Shown here piece by piece: positions 63,657-64,000 of a stretch of DNA of 64,000 nt. Every line of letters begins with the position of its first letter. Position 1 is the first letter of the stretch. A program made the position numbers and the translations under genes. A model generated the notes under the pieces. The model was not told the origin of the DNA. It worked only from the letters and a program-made list of their open reading frames with translations, and did not search any database. The stretch is from an uncultured Acidobacteriota bacterium (GTDB lineage: Bacteria > Acidobacteriota > UBA6911): contig CAVRJA010000010.1 in the NCBI GenBank assembly GCA_963721405.1, positions 78,393 through 142,392 of the forward strand, in the 5' to 3' direction.

Positions 63657-63717
63657 TGACTCTGGATGATTGTCAATGTAAGCTGGTGTAGGCAAATATG
63701 GAACGGATATACATAAT

Positions 63718-64000
63718 ATGCGTGTTAACAGATTAAACGGATTTCAGACATGGGCGCTAGACTTCATAAATGGCGAGGAACCTGCCGAAGCAGCAGCGAG
63801 TGCAATCTGGCGCAACCTCAATCGCTGCGTCGATCTGATATGTCAATACAGGAAGGACTTCGATAGCGTCAAAGATCACTCAGACGTTGCCCAAGCCAAA
63901 CGGGCGCTAAGTGCCTTGGGTGCAAAGTTGGATCAGGAAGTCACCGACCTGATCAACGATTGCATTGGTGGAAGCCATCTGCACCTGGAACCAATGACAT
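63718..64000 (+). CDS. Hypothetical protein (partial, runs off window)
   Basis: Open frame MRVNRLNGFQTWALDFING... to the window end, divergent from the HTH gene. Confidence 0.45.
   Translation, partial: MRVNRLNGFQTWALDFINGEEPAEAAASAIWRNLNRCVDLICQYRKDFDSVKDHSDVAQAKRALSALGAKLDQEVTDLINDCIGGSHLHLEPMT

Noticed and set aside
34660-64000. Intact prophage
   Set aside because: No capsid, terminase, portal or tail genes; only replication and recombination remnants.

Overview
GC-rich bacterial chromosomal window, most consistent with an Acidobacteriota-like organism (ADOP-type permease, TolB/TPR Ser/Thr kinases; inference). About 1-32 kb holds accessory and metabolic genes: Tat DUF362 protein, DUF5916 protein, agmatinase, TolC, TrpB2, DPS-like ferritin, a UGA/SECIS selenocysteine peroxiredoxin, a large secreted metalloprotease-like protein, kinases, a Tat-signal TldD with PmbA, and several gene remnants. 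From about 33 kb the window is an integration hotspot. An integrase remnant overlaps an intact tRNA-Arg(ACG), which is followed by an array of 3' halves of three other tRNAs (CAT, CGT, CTT), each with att-like flanking signals. The tRNA-Lys half is repeated exactly (51 bp) about 26 kb downstream, bounding a composite island. The island carries RadC, a resolvase, an IS inserted in a DUF4365 nuclease, a methyltransferase/membrane-protein pair, and a candidate new conflict operon: DruA-like + ThyX + protein kinase/ORC-CDC6-like ATPase fusion + conserved partner. A second decayed integrative element starts at about 60.8 kb. All family calls come from motif recognition by eye, not database searches.
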